DNA of 64,000 nucleotides from an uncultured Chloroflexia bacterium (GTDB lineage Bacteria; Chloroflexota; Anaerolineae; CG2-30-64-16): NCBI GenBank assembly GCA_963774265.1, contig CAVZDU010000010.1:128001-192000 (forward strand), given 5' to 3'. Of this stretch, positions 21,701 through 31,650 are shown piece after piece (position 1 is the stretch's first letter; every line of letters starts with the position of its first letter). The translations under genes and the position numbers were made by a program. Under the pieces are notes generated by a model. That model was not told the DNA's origin, ran no database searches, and was given only the letters and a program-made list of their open reading frames with translations.

Positions 21701-21748
21701 ATGCAGCAGGCAGCGGCGTTGCGTGCATTGCTAGGGGGGCGCAAATAG
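18704..21748 (+). CDS. SARP/BTAD-AAA ATPase-TPR transcriptional regulator
   Basis: N-terminal wHTH (LLWGE..ARKNLRNAL), BTAD (EPLQEELHRLLM), Walker A GELGIGKS, LDDVHWAD, GNP, TPRs. Confidence 0.9.
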   Translation: MTVNLSLLGRPRVSGETADLPAKAIALLGYLAIADEAQPRERILGLLWGESTEEAARKNLRNALWAVRKSVGDTGVVAVGDRLALGPRFEVDVRRLLAMQTSLDPRTLLELYTGPYLDGVRLADAPEFELWLTAARERLSQVFLGRIVEGLSTLAQAGAWREVADFARSALSHEPLQEELHRLLMEALANLGERGGAIRQFEALRAALALDLEVEPSPETLALRDAIAAGPLPRSPAPRPHVDTRRPRDLAQPQPQTGPPFVGRKAERVGLTDELAATTRGQARVVLITGELGIGKSRLWREWRAKDAGDCTILEARCVEATSSLPFAPLVELLSDHPRTHELLHIPGLVPPAWVAEVARLLPELRDALPTLPPPAVLPPGEERHRVFEAFVQVLLALDARPLLIFLDDVHWADRTTLDWLPYLVHRMRNRPLLLVLTYRSGEAPSVLVHQVAAWAREGVLRRLPLARFDPDETAQLIGGLGVDSALAHQLQAKSAGNPYVLIELSQNADIATSDAVPPALADLVRSRVERLGESARAVLQAAAVLEPEFDLPLLALTVARDEEEMLDTLDILLGSGVLIERGKWFAFNHPLISSVVREELSAARRGVLNRRAAQALEVMYAGRVEPVAGLIANHYEHAGEATSAAHYADLAAEHALSLAAPAEAVAFRRRALSLDPTSQRQLGLAQALYRSGALAEARQAYAATLEDAERSSDAATAARACLGMGDTYLLTGWADEVVQWAERSLRYLDAESDHAAHAHALFLLGAGRLRAGGKDLVEAERNLDDSVQLAETHNLRDTAVISRFELGNVLAERGDLHAAVAAYRQAADLARTASDPNQQVLALNNLAYHTMLLGEYEAALGHIGAALELAEAYGLRLMLEYLFSTRGEIALAEGKWDEAEVWIVRSLDVAREHNNVAHVAKCQANLGLIARGRGDLDTALLQLEEAVTLAAPLTARYMQTQIDLWLGEVYEARGERAAAVEAVSRAEDRLANNHYGRLMQQAAALRALLGGRK

Positions 21749-21775
21749 CGCCCCCGGTCGCTCAGAATCTGGGGA

Positions 21776-23491
21776 CTACTTCGGGTCCATCAGCACCGAT
21801 ACACTATTCCCGAGTCGATTGGCGACGTACACACGATTGGTCCCCGTGTCGATCGCCAGGCCGAAGGGATTATCGCCCACGCTGAATGTACTCAGCAATT
21901 GATTGGTCGCACCGTCGATGACGCTCACATTGTCGTTGTCAGAGTTGCTGACGAATACGCTCCCCGTTCCTGGATTTGCGGCGATGCCGCCGCGGCCATC
22001 CTCGCCTTGCGGCACATCTCGACCTGCGCTTCCCACAATTACCTCGGCCACAGCAGTCAGCCCTTCGCCGCCAGGCCGGTGGACAATCACCCGATCGTCC
22101 ACTTGCCCCTCAACATCACAAACCGTGTACAACCGGTTGAGGACCGGGTTGAAATCCAACTCGAACGGTTCGCACGTCCCGCTATACCCGGCAGACACGA
22201 TCCAACGCTCCGTGTAGGAGCTATCCAGCACAGTGATGGTCTTCGAGTCTCGACTGCTAACATAGGTGTGACCCAGGCTCGCGTTATAGGCCAGGCCCCA
22301 GGCGCCCACGGTGCGGCCCAGGTGCTGGCTCTTGACGACCGTGTCAGTGATGGGGTCAATGACCACGAGGCTATTCGTTCCATAGGTGATCAGATGGATG
22401 CGGTTGCCGGCGGTCTCGACCCAGGTCGGATTCGGGCCGACGGGGATCGTCTTGATTGGTTCCAAGGTAGTCGCGTCGAGCACCGTGACTGTCCCCATGC
22501 TCCAGCTCCCCACGTATACCTTGTTTCCTGGCGCGTAGTAAGCGATACCCCAGGGCTGGTCGGGCACGATCGTGCTGTTGACCACATCCAGGCTCGTGCC
22601 GTCCAGTTGATAGACGCGATCGTTGTCCCGACTTGCAACGTAGATCAGATGGCGGGCGCTATCCACGGCCACAGCCTGCGGATAACGCATTCCGGTGTCT
22701 CGTGGGGTGGCAGTCGGCGTCGGCGAGGGACCGTAAGTTGGCGATGGTGTTAGGGTCGGCGTCTGCGTCGGGGTCGCGGTTTTGGTCGGAGTTGGCGTGG
22801 GTGTACTGGTAGGCGTCGATGTAGCGGTAGGCGTAGGGGTGGGTGTCAGTGTCGGCTGGAATATGACAAGCGGAAGATAACGGCCGAAGCGGATCGCCTG
22901 AATCTGATATGTGGGGCAGTCGCAAGCCGCAAAACTGAGCGAGCGAACAAGCAGGAAATAAGGCCCACTAGTAGTCGGCCCCCAGGTTATTGTAGAACCG
23001 CAGTATTCCTGATCGACAGAACAAAGGACCCCATCTCGATCATCATTCGATTTGATTATATTTCCTAGCTGATCGTAAAGAATCATATAGGTGTCGATGT
23101 CACCCTTCAAATCAAAGGTCGACACCTCGTAGGTCTGCCCGGGATGCAGCCCATCGACGCGATACCAATCCACATTGCCGGCGAGATGAAACGAGTGTTG
23201 TTGCGCGGGAGCTCCCGGTATTAGCGGGCTGGCCTGTGGCTGCTCGTCGTCTGGCTCGTACGCATCCTCGCTGCAGGAGCAAGGGGTGGGCGACGGTGTC
23301 ACTGAGGGTGTCGGCGTGAGTGTGGGCGTGTCTTCTACCTGGAGAGCCGGCGCCGCAGCCGTGCTCTCGGGAACACCACCCCATAAAAAGCCTCCCGTCA
23401 CCAGAACGGCAGCCACGATGACGGTTGCCAGTATGACGCGTTTGAAGGCCTGTCCGGAATGTCGCGATTCATCGGTCTTGTTCTTCTCCAT
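21776..23491 (-). CDS. Secreted protein: PPC-like domain, PT linkers, YncE/YVTN beta-propeller
   Basis: N-terminal TM, EDAYEPDD, DTYMILYD, (TP)n, VYVAN/SVSV repeats. Confidence 0.8.
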   Translation of the reverse strand: MEKNKTDESRHSGQAFKRVILATVIVAAVLVTGGFLWGGVPESTAAAPALQVEDTPTLTPTPSVTPSPTPCSCSEDAYEPDDEQPQASPLIPGAPAQQHSFHLAGNVDWYRVDGLHPGQTYEVSTFDLKGDIDTYMILYDQLGNIIKSNDDRDGVLCSVDQEYCGSTITWGPTTSGPYFLLVRSLSFAACDCPTYQIQAIRFGRYLPLVIFQPTLTPTPTPTATSTPTSTPTPTPTKTATPTQTPTLTPSPTYGPSPTPTATPRDTGMRYPQAVAVDSARHLIYVASRDNDRVYQLDGTSLDVVNSTIVPDQPWGIAYYAPGNKVYVGSWSMGTVTVLDATTLEPIKTIPVGPNPTWVETAGNRIHLITYGTNSLVVIDPITDTVVKSQHLGRTVGAWGLAYNASLGHTYVSSRDSKTITVLDSSYTERWIVSAGYSGTCEPFELDFNPVLNRLYTVCDVEGQVDDRVIVHRPGGEGLTAVAEVIVGSAGRDVPQGEDGRGGIAANPGTGSVFVSNSDNDNVSVIDGATNQLLSTFSVGDNPFGLAIDTGTNRVYVANRLGNSVSVLMDPK

Positions 23492-23551
23492 GGGCTGTCT
23501 CCTGCAGGCAACGTAATCATATCATACGACAAATTAATGATATTTGCAATC

Positions 23552-23580
23552 TTGACAGAGTGCGCGACTTGGGGTATGCT
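23552..23580 (+). promoter_or_regulatory. Sigma70-type promoter for the LysM gene
   Basis: TTGACA-N17-TATGCT. Confidence 0.6.
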
Positions 23581-23635
23581 AGGCGTTGGACAACATGTTG
23601 ACATGCTCAGTACAAATACCCATGTGAGGGACTAT

Positions 23636-24913
23636 ATGGCTGCGAAAAGGCAACCGGTGGTCAGGTTCGGTTTGGCGTTGTTGTTGGGGTGCGTGCTTAT
23701 CCTCACGGCGCAAACCGGTCGGGTCTCGGCTGTGCCGAATGGCGACGGCACTGTCTATGTGGTTCAGGCGGGTGATCGTCTGGTCGATATCGCAGCGCGA
23801 TATGGCGTTACAGCCAGCGCCCTGGTGCAGGCCAACGATCTTGCCAACGCTGACACTATCTTTGTTGGGCAGCGCCTGATCATTCCAGGCAGCAGTGTGA
23901 GTGCGCCCACGCCGAGTGGAAGCACAAACGACACCTCTGGTACTGGGCAGAGTGCGACATACGCCGTGCGGCGCGGCGATACGTTGGCGGCAATTGCGCG
24001 GAAGTATGGCGTGAGTATGGCAGCCCTGCAGCGAGCCAATGATCTCAGCAACCCGAACATCATTTGGGTGGGTCAGAAGCTCGTGATCCCGGGCGCATCA
24101 GCCGTGGCCACCCAAACACCGACGCCCACCTCCCAGCCAACGGCGGCGTATTCCTTACCGTCACAGCCCACGATAGAGCCACCCGCAACGGTGCAGCCCA
24201 CGACCGAGCCACCTGCAACGGCACAGCCCACGGCGGTAACTCCTGCAACGGCGCCGCCGACGACGGAGACTCCCGCAACGGCCCAGCCCGCTGCGGTGAA
24301 GCCCCCAACAGCCCAGCCCACCCCAAAGCCGGCGAGCCCGAAGACCCACACTGTGCAAGCGGGCGAGACATTGTCGCAGATCGCTCGTCAGTATGGCGTG
24401 TCTGTAGACGCGTTGGTAGCAAGCAATGGCCTGGCCAGCGCTGACTTGATCCATGTGGGAATGCGTCTGGTGATCCCAGGCAAAGGTAGCAGCGGTACGA
24501 CAAGTACGGCTACTACGGCTATTACGGGTAAGGCGACGAAGTTCGTCGCAAGCATTTCCGAGCAGCGCTGTTGGCTCTATAACGGCACGACGGTTATCGC
24601 AAAATGGGTCTGCTCTACCGGCCGTCGGGGCGCGGGTACGAGGGTCGGCACATTCAGGATTCAATCCAAGATGGCTAAGGCTTACGGCTCGACCTGGAAT
24701 ATCTGGATGCCCTTCTGGCTTGGCATCTATTGGGCAGGGGGCAGTGAGAACGGCATTCACGGTCTGCCCTGGAACGCGAGTACCGGCGTGCAGATCTGGA
24801 GTGGGAACGTCGGCATGCCAATAACCTACGGTTGCATCATGTTGAACAACGTCAATGCCAAGACGCTGTATGATGTGGCGTATATCGGCATGCCGGTTGT
24901 GATACGTCCGTAA
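23636..24913 (+). CDS. LysM x3 plus L,D-transpeptidase (YkuD) protein
   Basis: Signal peptide, three YxVxxGDTLxxIAxxYGV repeats, CSTG, NGIHG...TYGCI. Confidence 0.9.
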   Translation: MAAKRQPVVRFGLALLLGCVLILTAQTGRVSAVPNGDGTVYVVQAGDRLVDIAARYGVTASALVQANDLANADTIFVGQRLIIPGSSVSAPTPSGSTNDTSGTGQSATYAVRRGDTLAAIARKYGVSMAALQRANDLSNPNIIWVGQKLVIPGASAVATQTPTPTSQPTAAYSLPSQPTIEPPATVQPTTEPPATAQPTAVTPATAPPTTETPATAQPAAVKPPTAQPTPKPASPKTHTVQAGETLSQIARQYGVSVDALVASNGLASADLIHVGMRLVIPGKGSSGTTSTATTAITGKATKFVASISEQRCWLYNGTTVIAKWVCSTGRRGAGTRVGTFRIQSKMAKAYGSTWNIWMPFWLGIYWAGGSENGIHGLPWNASTGVQIWSGNVGMPITYGCIMLNNVNAKTLYDVAYIGMPVVIRP

Positions 24914-24927
24914 CAGGTTGTTGTTAC

Positions 24928-24964
24928 GAAAAAGTGGGGTGTTGGCGTGCCAGCGCCCCTTTTT
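24928..24964 (+). terminator. Intrinsic terminator
   Basis: GGGGTGTTGGC-GT-GCCAGCGCCCC followed by a T-run. Confidence 0.7.
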
Positions 24965-24981
24965 GTTGAAAGGCATCCATC

Positions 24982-25434
24982 GTGGCCACAATCCGAGGGT
25001 TCGAGCTACCAGACGACCTCTACTACGTGATCGACACGCACGTGTGGGCGCGTCGCCACCTGGACGGTGTGGTGCGCGTTGGGATGACGCCGGTTGCATA
25101 TCAGCTCTTGCGTCATTCCCTGGTCGCGATCAGCGTGAAGTCGAGTGTCCTGGGCAAAGAGGTGGCCAGGGGCAAGACCATCGCGATGGTGGAGAGCCTC
25201 AAGTATATTGGCCCCTTGCCAGCGCCATTCACGGGTGTGGTTATCCGGGCGAATCCGTTATTGGCCGACGATCCGTCGATCGCCGAGCAAGACCCTTACG
25301 GCGAGGGCTGGATTGTCGAGATGACAACCCCTGATTGGGCTGGGGCAGCGACAAACCTGGTCACCGGCGAAGCCGCGCTGCTTGCATACCGGGCGCTATT
25401 GGAATCGCAAGCCATAGACGCAAACAACCCCTAG
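24982..25434 (+). CDS. Stand-alone GcvH-like lipoyl carrier protein
   Basis: HVWAR, VRVGMT, VESLK (lipoyl Lys), DPYGEGWI. Confidence 0.85.
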   Translation: MATIRGFELPDDLYYVIDTHVWARRHLDGVVRVGMTPVAYQLLRHSLVAISVKSSVLGKEVARGKTIAMVESLKYIGPLPAPFTGVVIRANPLLADDPSIAEQDPYGEGWIVEMTTPDWAGAATNLVTGEAALLAYRALLESQAIDANNP

Positions 25435-25817
25435 CCCCTCTTGTCCCGGAAGACCAGATCAAAGTCGAGTACATGTATGTCGAGTTCAGCCTCGTTCCGA
25501 GACAGCGCGAACGTCAGGTGATAACGCTCACCGGCGCGCGGCTCTTGGCGGAGGTGCAGGGTCAGCGATTGGTATGCCTCGCGCACCTCGACGATGAACA
25601 TACTGCTCACGACCTGGTTGTCAGAGTCGGTCAGCGTCAATTCCAAATTGGGAAACGCTGCGAAGGAACTGGTCTCCAATCGCACCCAAAGACGCCGCAG
25701 GTCCGGATAAGGCCAGACCTCGGCGCGCTGGATGACGGGAGGGTGCTCCTCGATTCGCGGAGGCGCATTGCCAAGCGAATCTTGCCAGATTTCTTCCGGA
25801 TCTTGCATCTGCGTCAT
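25431..25817 (-). CDS. Hypothetical protein (Ig-like)
   Basis: ORF coupled to the DMT gene (ATGA overlap); protein-like composition. Confidence 0.65.
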   Translation of the reverse strand: MTQMQDPEEIWQDSLGNAPPRIEEHPPVIQRAEVWPYPDLRRLWVRLETSSFAAFPNLELTLTDSDNQVVSSMFIVEVREAYQSLTLHLRQEPRAGERYHLTFALSRNEAELDIHVLDFDLVFRDKRG

Positions 25818-26770
25818 GGCTTGAGTCGCTGAACCGCTAAGACACTGGCCAGGACCAGCACCGAGCCAAGCACCAATAGCAGGGTCATGGGCTCGTGCAG
25901 GAAGGTCACTGACAGACTGGCCGAGATAACTGGAATGAAGAAGAGCACCAGGGCTGCCCGGGAAGCCGTGGTCCTGGCCAACAACTCCATCCACCACAGG
26001 TTTGCCAGCGCGCCCGTGCCAATGCCGAGAAGCACGATGGCCACCCAGGCTGAAAATGGCAGGTCAAGACGGAGGCCTTCGATCAGGGCAAGAGGCAACA
26101 AGAAGAGGGCGCCAACCACCGCCACGGCGGTGGTGACGGCTGCCGCCGGGTAGCGCTCGGAGAGGCTTTTGCCGCCGATACTGTAGACTGCCGCGAAAAC
26201 GGCGGCCACAACCATAAGCAGGTCACCGATCAAACCCGGTCCCCCGAGTGCCAGGTGTCCTGCGCCCTGGCTGACGAGTACGGAACCCGTGAATGCTGCC
26301 CCTAATGCCAGCCACTCGATGCGCGCCAGGCGCTCGCGCAGCAGCAAGGCGCCGATGAGCACCATGAAAACTGATGTCAGATTGGCCAGCACACCAGCAT
26401 TTGTGGCAGTCGTGTAGCGTAACGCGAGGTTCTCGAAGAAATAGAACAGGGTGATGCCGATCAGGGCAACCCATGCCACCGTTCGCCACCGTGCAGCCAG
26501 CAGTTCTTTCATTGTCTTGAGGCCGAGCGCCGGCGATTTGCGGCCAGCAACCGCCAACCATACAACCAGAAACAAGGCGGAGATTATCCACCGAAGAAAG
26601 GCGATGGCCGTGGGTCCGGTATAATTCAGCGCTGCCTTGGTGAGGGGGAAGCTGGCGCCCCACAGAGTGACCGTTCCCAATGCCATGACATAAGTGCCCA
26701 GCCTGGACCCTGTGCGGCGGGCAGGCGTTGCGGTGGCCGTTCGGGGCGCGTCGGCTGCGGGAACGCTCAT
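25814..26770 (-). CDS. DMT/EamA family transporter
   Basis: LWGASF, two 5-TM repeats, LLRERL, LHEP. Confidence 0.9.
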   Translation of the reverse strand: MSVPAADAPRTATATPARRTGSRLGTYVMALGTVTLWGASFPLTKAALNYTGPTAIAFLRWIISALFLVVWLAVAGRKSPALGLKTMKELLAARWRTVAWVALIGITLFYFFENLALRYTTATNAGVLANLTSVFMVLIGALLLRERLARIEWLALGAAFTGSVLVSQGAGHLALGGPGLIGDLLMVVAAVFAAVYSIGGKSLSERYPAAAVTTAVAVVGALFLLPLALIEGLRLDLPFSAWVAIVLLGIGTGALANLWWMELLARTTASRAALVLFFIPVISASLSVTFLHEPMTLLLVLGSVLVLASVLAVQRLKP

Positions 26771-29700
26771 GCCTCGATCGCCGCTGCAGTCACCAACTCC
26801 TTACCCTCCAGCTTGAGTGAAAGCGTGGTAGAGGTTTGGTCACTGCCCATGGAAATGCCGTAGATCGTATCAGCCACCTCGATGGTGCCGCGGTTGTGAG
26901 TCACCAGGATAAACTGCGTTTCATGGCCGAGCGTCTTGATCGCATCCCGGAAACGCCCAACGTTTGCCTCGTCCAGGGCCGCGTCCACTTCATCCAGTAC
27001 GCAGAACGGCGTCGGGTGAGTCTTGAGGATGCTAAAGATCAGTGCGGCGGCTGTCAGCGCGCGCTCGCCGCCCGAGAGCAGCGCGAGTCCCTGTTCGCGT
27101 TTGCCGGGTGGGCGCGCGATGATTTCGATTCCGGTGTTGGTGGGGCTTTCGGGGTCGGTCATCACCAATTTGGCTGAGCCACCGCCGAAAAGGTTGACGA
27201 ATTCGTCCTTGAACTTGGCGGCTACAGCCTTGAAGGTTGCGACAAATTCCCGCTCCATCACTCGGTCCAACTCCGCGATCACCTCTTGCAGTGTGGCGAC
27301 AGCGCGCTCGAGATCATCGGACTGTGTGATAAGAAAGTTGTAGCGCGTCTCGACCTCCTGATATTCGGCAAGAGCGTCGAGGTTTACGGGGCCAAGTCGG
27401 GCGATCTGAGCGCGCAGATTACGCACGTCTGCATCCAGCCCCTCGGGCAGTTCCACCACGACAGGAAGCCGGGTGACCATGCCGTTGAGAGGCAGGGGTG
27501 GTTGGGTGTCGACCAGGTCTTCGGAGAGTGACTCTTGCGCACTGCCCGCATCGTCGACGAAATGGGTCAACTCTACCAGTCCCAGGTCCTTCTCGATCTC
27601 CCCCCGGAGGTGCGCGAGTTCATCTTGCGCGCGCTGTGCAGTCAGGTCCGCCTGATTCTGGCGGGCCTGGGCAAGGCGAAGTTGCTCACGAAGCGCTCGC
27701 TCCTGCGCCTCGGATTGTCGGGCATGAGTTTCAAGCTGGGCGAGGCGAGCCTCGGCCGGTTCGATCTGACCCGCGAGTGCTGCGATCTCCATCGCGAGTT
27801 TTTTGGCGACGACTGATTGGGCGTCGATTGCCTGGCTGGCATCGGCTTGTTGTGCAGCGAGCGAGGCATGGCGGGACTTCTTGGCCGCAATCTCCTGCTC
27901 GCGCGAGGTCCGCGCTTGCGTGAGCTCCCGCACGCGATCTTCGAGGCCGCGTAACTGGCCAGCGCTAACAGCTGCCTCCGCCTTGATGCGCGCCAGCTCG
28001 GCCACGAAGTCATCGGCTGCCAACTCGTTCAGGCGCCGCCGCGCGGCGTCGACTGCAGACTCACGCTGCTCCAACTGGCTTACGAGATCCGAGATAGAGG
28101 TTTTGAGCTCCTCTTCCCGACGGTTAAGGTCTCCTGACTCTCGCTCCAGTCCTTTACGCCGCTCCTCGTGCCAGGCCACCGTCTGGCGAGCACGCTCAGC
28201 GGCAAGCTGAGTCTTGGACATCTCGGCATTGAGGCGCGTTTGGCTGGTATTCAGCTCCTCGCGTCGCACTCGGAGTGCATTGAGTGCTGTCCGTGCGTGT
28301 TCCTGGGCTTGGCGGGTGCCGGCGACCTGTTTCTCCTGCTCCGCCGCGACTGCTGCTGCGGTCTTGATCTGCCCGGGTAACTCCCGCAATTGGCGGGCTC
28401 GGGTCAGAAGACCCCCATCGCGTTGCCCTCTATCGCTGCCGCCGGTCACACTCCCGGAAGGGCGCACGATTTCGCCGTCGAGGGTGACCAACGTCGCGCC
28501 CCGACCTCGGGCCACCATGTTGCGGGCAGTGGGCAAATCTTCGACAACAAGAGTGTGATTGAGGGCAAGCTCGACCGCGGGACGAATGGCGGGATCGAAG
28601 TGGATGAGTTCGCTGGCAAGACCCACAATCCCGGGACCTTGGGGAACATCTGAGGCGCGGCCGGGGCGCAGAGTGTCCAATGGCAGGAAGGTTGCGCGAC
28701 CGGCCTGGTTGCGCTTGAGAAATTCCACGGCGGCCTTGGCATCATCCCAACCGCGCACAACAATGTCCTGCACGCGGCCGCCGAGTGCGGCATCTATGGC
28801 GCGCTCATACTCTGGCGCAACCTGGATGAGCTCACCGAGAGTCCCAAGGACGCCGCTCAGAGTTTCACCCCTTTGAGGGGATCGATCTCTGAACTGCTCC
28901 TTGCTGTGCACCGATCGGTTTCCGCCCGCGCTGCCTTCTCGCGCAGCCACCATTACAGCGCGTACCCCGCCGCTCAAGCCCGCACCCTCATCGTGCAGAC
29001 GTTCCAGCAAATCGTGCTGGTCTTGCAGCCGTGCGACGGCGCGCTGAGCCACGTTTAGTTGTTCCTGGGCCTTGCGCTCGGCATCCTGGGCGAGGGCGAG
29101 GGCCTGTCCCTGAAGCTGCCGATCATGGTCGATGGCGGCCAGGATCTTGATAAAGTCATCGGCCTTTGTGTGCAAGGAGCCTAGTTGCGTTTCGTACTCT
29201 GCCAACTGGCCGCCGGCAGTCTTGGCTCCTGCTGCTTGCTCACCGTCGCTGTTAGCAAGCTCGAGACGCCTGTCGGCAATCTGAGCCAGGCGAGAACGTT
29301 GTTCGGCGATTTGGGTCCTCAGCGCGAGCGCGCTATCCTGCGTTCGGGCAAGCACACTCGCCTGTGCACCATGCTCACGCTCACGAGCCTGGAGTTGGTG
29401 CTGCGCTTCTTCAACACGGCGAGCATGTGTTGCGTGCTCACGCTGGGCCTCGGATAGCTCCGCCTTCGCTGCTCGAAGTCGCTCTGCACCGTCGTCCAGA
29501 GCCGCCCGCAGATAGGTTATTTCTCGTTCCAGATCGTCCGCTTGTTCGCGCCAGAGTCGGACCTGTTCGCCCCGGACGGCCAGCTCGCGCTGCGCGGTTT
29601 CCGCCTGCCGGTGCAGGGTGCTGGAGACGCGATGCCACTCACCCAGTTGATCGCGCAGTCGCCCCCGCTCTTCGCGGCGTGCCGCGACCTGGTCGAGCAA

Positions 29701-30495
29701 CACATTAAGCTCGGCGGTTTCTTCCTGGGCTGCGTTGGTGGCATCTTCTGCACGGTTTTTGGCTCCCGCCAATCCGAGCAATGCCTGCCGCCAGCGGTAG
29801 CCGTACCACGTCTTCAGATGAGCTTCAAGATCAGTCCTGAGTTGTTGGTACTCGTGCGCGCGGCGTGCCTGCCCCTTAAGGTAGCGCAAGCGCGGCGTGA
29901 GTTCGCTGATGATGTCGCGAGCGCGCATCAGGTTGTTGGACGCATCGGCGAGTTTCTGGCTTGACTGCTCGCGCTTGGCTTGGTGGACTGTGATGCCGGC
30001 GGCTTCCTCGAAAAGCTTGCGGCGTTCCTCGGGTCGCTGCGAGAGCGCCTGGTCCACGAGGCCCTGACCGATGACACTGTAGGTGCGCTCGCTGAGGCCC
30101 GAGCTGCCAAGCAACTCCGTGATGTCGCGCAGTCGGACGCGGTTGCCGTTCAGATAATACTCATTTTCGCCGGAGCGATAGGCACGGCGAGCTATCTCGA
30201 CCTCAGCGAAGTCAACAGGGAGCCAGCCGGAGGAGTTGTCGAGGACAAGCGATACGCTGGCCATGCCCATGCGCGCGCGTTGCTCGGATCCCGAGAAGAT
30301 CATATCCTCGGTCCGCTTTCCGCGGAGCGCAGAGAAGCTTTGTTCGCCGAGCACCCAGCGCAGTGCGTCAGCCACATTGGATTTGCCGCTGCCGTTCGGG
30401 CCGACCACCGCTGTCACACCGGCGTCGAAGAGGAACTCGGTGCGAGTAGCGAAGGTCTTGTAGCCCTGGAGCGTGAGTTGCTTTAGGTATCGCAC
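26767..30495 (-). CDS. smc: Chromosome segregation protein SMC
   Basis: GPNGSGKSN, hinge GRATFLPL, LSGGE, LDEVDAALD. Confidence 0.97.
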   Translation of the reverse strand: MRYLKQLTLQGYKTFATRTEFLFDAGVTAVVGPNGSGKSNVADALRWVLGEQSFSALRGKRTEDMIFSGSEQRARMGMASVSLVLDNSSGWLPVDFAEVEIARRAYRSGENEYYLNGNRVRLRDITELLGSSGLSERTYSVIGQGLVDQALSQRPEERRKLFEEAAGITVHQAKREQSSQKLADASNNLMRARDIISELTPRLRYLKGQARRAHEYQQLRTDLEAHLKTWYGYRWRQALLGLAGAKNRAEDATNAAQEETAELNVLLDQVAARREERGRLRDQLGEWHRVSSTLHRQAETAQRELAVRGEQVRLWREQADDLEREITYLRAALDDGAERLRAAKAELSEAQREHATHARRVEEAQHQLQAREREHGAQASVLARTQDSALALRTQIAEQRSRLAQIADRRLELANSDGEQAAGAKTAGGQLAEYETQLGSLHTKADDFIKILAAIDHDRQLQGQALALAQDAERKAQEQLNVAQRAVARLQDQHDLLERLHDEGAGLSGGVRAVMVAAREGSAGGNRSVHSKEQFRDRSPQRGETLSGVLGTLGELIQVAPEYERAIDAALGGRVQDIVVRGWDDAKAAVEFLKRNQAGRATFLPLDTLRPGRASDVPQGPGIVGLASELIHFDPAIRPAVELALNHTLVVEDLPTARNMVARGRGATLVTLDGEIVRPSGSVTGGSDRGQRDGGLLTRARQLRELPGQIKTAAAVAAEQEKQVAGTRQAQEHARTALNALRVRREELNTSQTRLNAEMSKTQLAAERARQTVAWHEERRKGLERESGDLNRREEELKTSISDLVSQLEQRESAVDAARRRLNELAADDFVAELARIKAEAAVSAGQLRGLEDRVRELTQARTSREQEIAAKKSRHASLAAQQADASQAIDAQSVVAKKLAMEIAALAGQIEPAEARLAQLETHARQSEAQERALREQLRLAQARQNQADLTAQRAQDELAHLRGEIEKDLGLVELTHFVDDAGSAQESLSEDLVDTQPPLPLNGMVTRLPVVVELPEGLDADVRNLRAQIARLGPVNLDALAEYQEVETRYNFLITQSDDLERAVATLQEVIAELDRVMEREFVATFKAVAAKFKDEFVNLFGGGSAKLVMTDPESPTNTGIEIIARPPGKREQGLALLSGGERALTAAALIFSILKTHPTPFCVLDEVDAALDEANVGRFRDAIKTLGHETQFILVTHNRGTIEVADTIYGISMGSDQTSTTLSLKLEGKELVTAAAIEA

Positions 30496-30502
30496 CGAGA
30501 GT

Positions 30503-31628
30503 CTATACCTTTTCAGCAGTGCCAGTATCGAGCAGACCCACCTGATCCTTCAGCCAGGCTTCGATGAAGAGATCGATTTCGCCATCGAGAACGGCATTCG
30601 TATTGCCCGTCTCAGCGTCGGTGCGCAGGTCTTTGACCATCTGGTAGGGCTGCAGGACGTAAGAGCGGATCTGGTTGCCCCAGCCGGCCTCAACGTGTTT
30701 GCCTCGCAAACGTGCGGCTTGCTCTTCCTGCCTCTGCAGTTCGAGGTCGTATAGCTTGCCGCGGAGAACTCGCATGGCCGATTCGCGGTTCTGCAATTGG
30801 CTGCGCTCGTTTTGACATGTAACAACGATGCCGGTTGGCCCATGGGTGATGCGTACAGCCGTCGAGTTCTTTTGCATATGCTGACCGCCCGCGCCTCCCG
30901 AGCGGTAAACGTCCAACTTGATATCGTCAGGCTTGATCTCGATTTCGATATCCTCGTCAAAGATCGGCATGACTTCAACCAACGCAAACGATGTGTGACG
31001 CCGCGCGGATGAATCGAATGGGCTGATGCGGACGAGTCGGTGTACCCCGCGCTCAGCTTTGAGATAGCCATAGGCGTAGGGACCAATGACTTCGACTGTC
31101 ACGGTCTTGATTCCGGCTTCTTCGCCTTCGAGCTGATCGGTGATCTCCGCATCGAAGTCGCGACGCTCGGCCCAGCGCAGATACATTCTCAGGAGCATTG
31201 AAGCCCAATCCTGCGCCTCCGTACCGCCCGCGCCCGCGTGGATTGAGAGGATGGCGCCTTTCCGGTCGTAGCGACCGCTCATGGCGAGTTGAAATTCCAG
31301 AGATTCCAATTTCTTCTGGATTTCAATGGTCTGCGCGGCGGCCTCAGCGGCGGTTTCCTCGTCGCCGGCCTCTTCGGCCAGGTCCAGCAGCGCGAGCCCG
31401 TCTTCCACGTCGCGCGTCAAGCCTTCCCACACCCGAACCTGGTCGCGCAGGGCAGCCAGATCGCGCATGACTGCCTTGGCGCGGTTTTGGTCATTCCAGA
31501 TCTCAGCGCTGGCGGACTCTTCCTCCAGCCGGGTTATCTCAGCGGCCTTTCCCGCTAAGTCAAAGACGCCTCCGCATCCCGTCGATCTGGTCTGCCAGCG
31601 ACTGAAGTTGCGCGCGTGTCTCTTCCAT
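30503..31628 (-). CDS. prfB: Peptide chain release factor 2 with programmed +1 frameshift at 31559-31565
   Basis: ATG 31628 gives 22 codons, then GGAGGCGT-CTT-TGA-C; the +1 frame continues DLAGKAAEI... into SPF and GGQ motifs. Confidence 0.96.
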
Positions 31629-31650
31629 GCGTGCTGTGTCCTCTCGTGAA

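Noticed and set aside
18704-21748. STAND/Avs antiphage system
   Set aside because: The N-terminus is a wHTH-BTAD transcription activator, with no nuclease or other effector domain.
22740-24340. Low-complexity repeats in the YncE-like and LysM genes
   Set aside because: Ordinary Pro/Thr linkers of secreted proteins.
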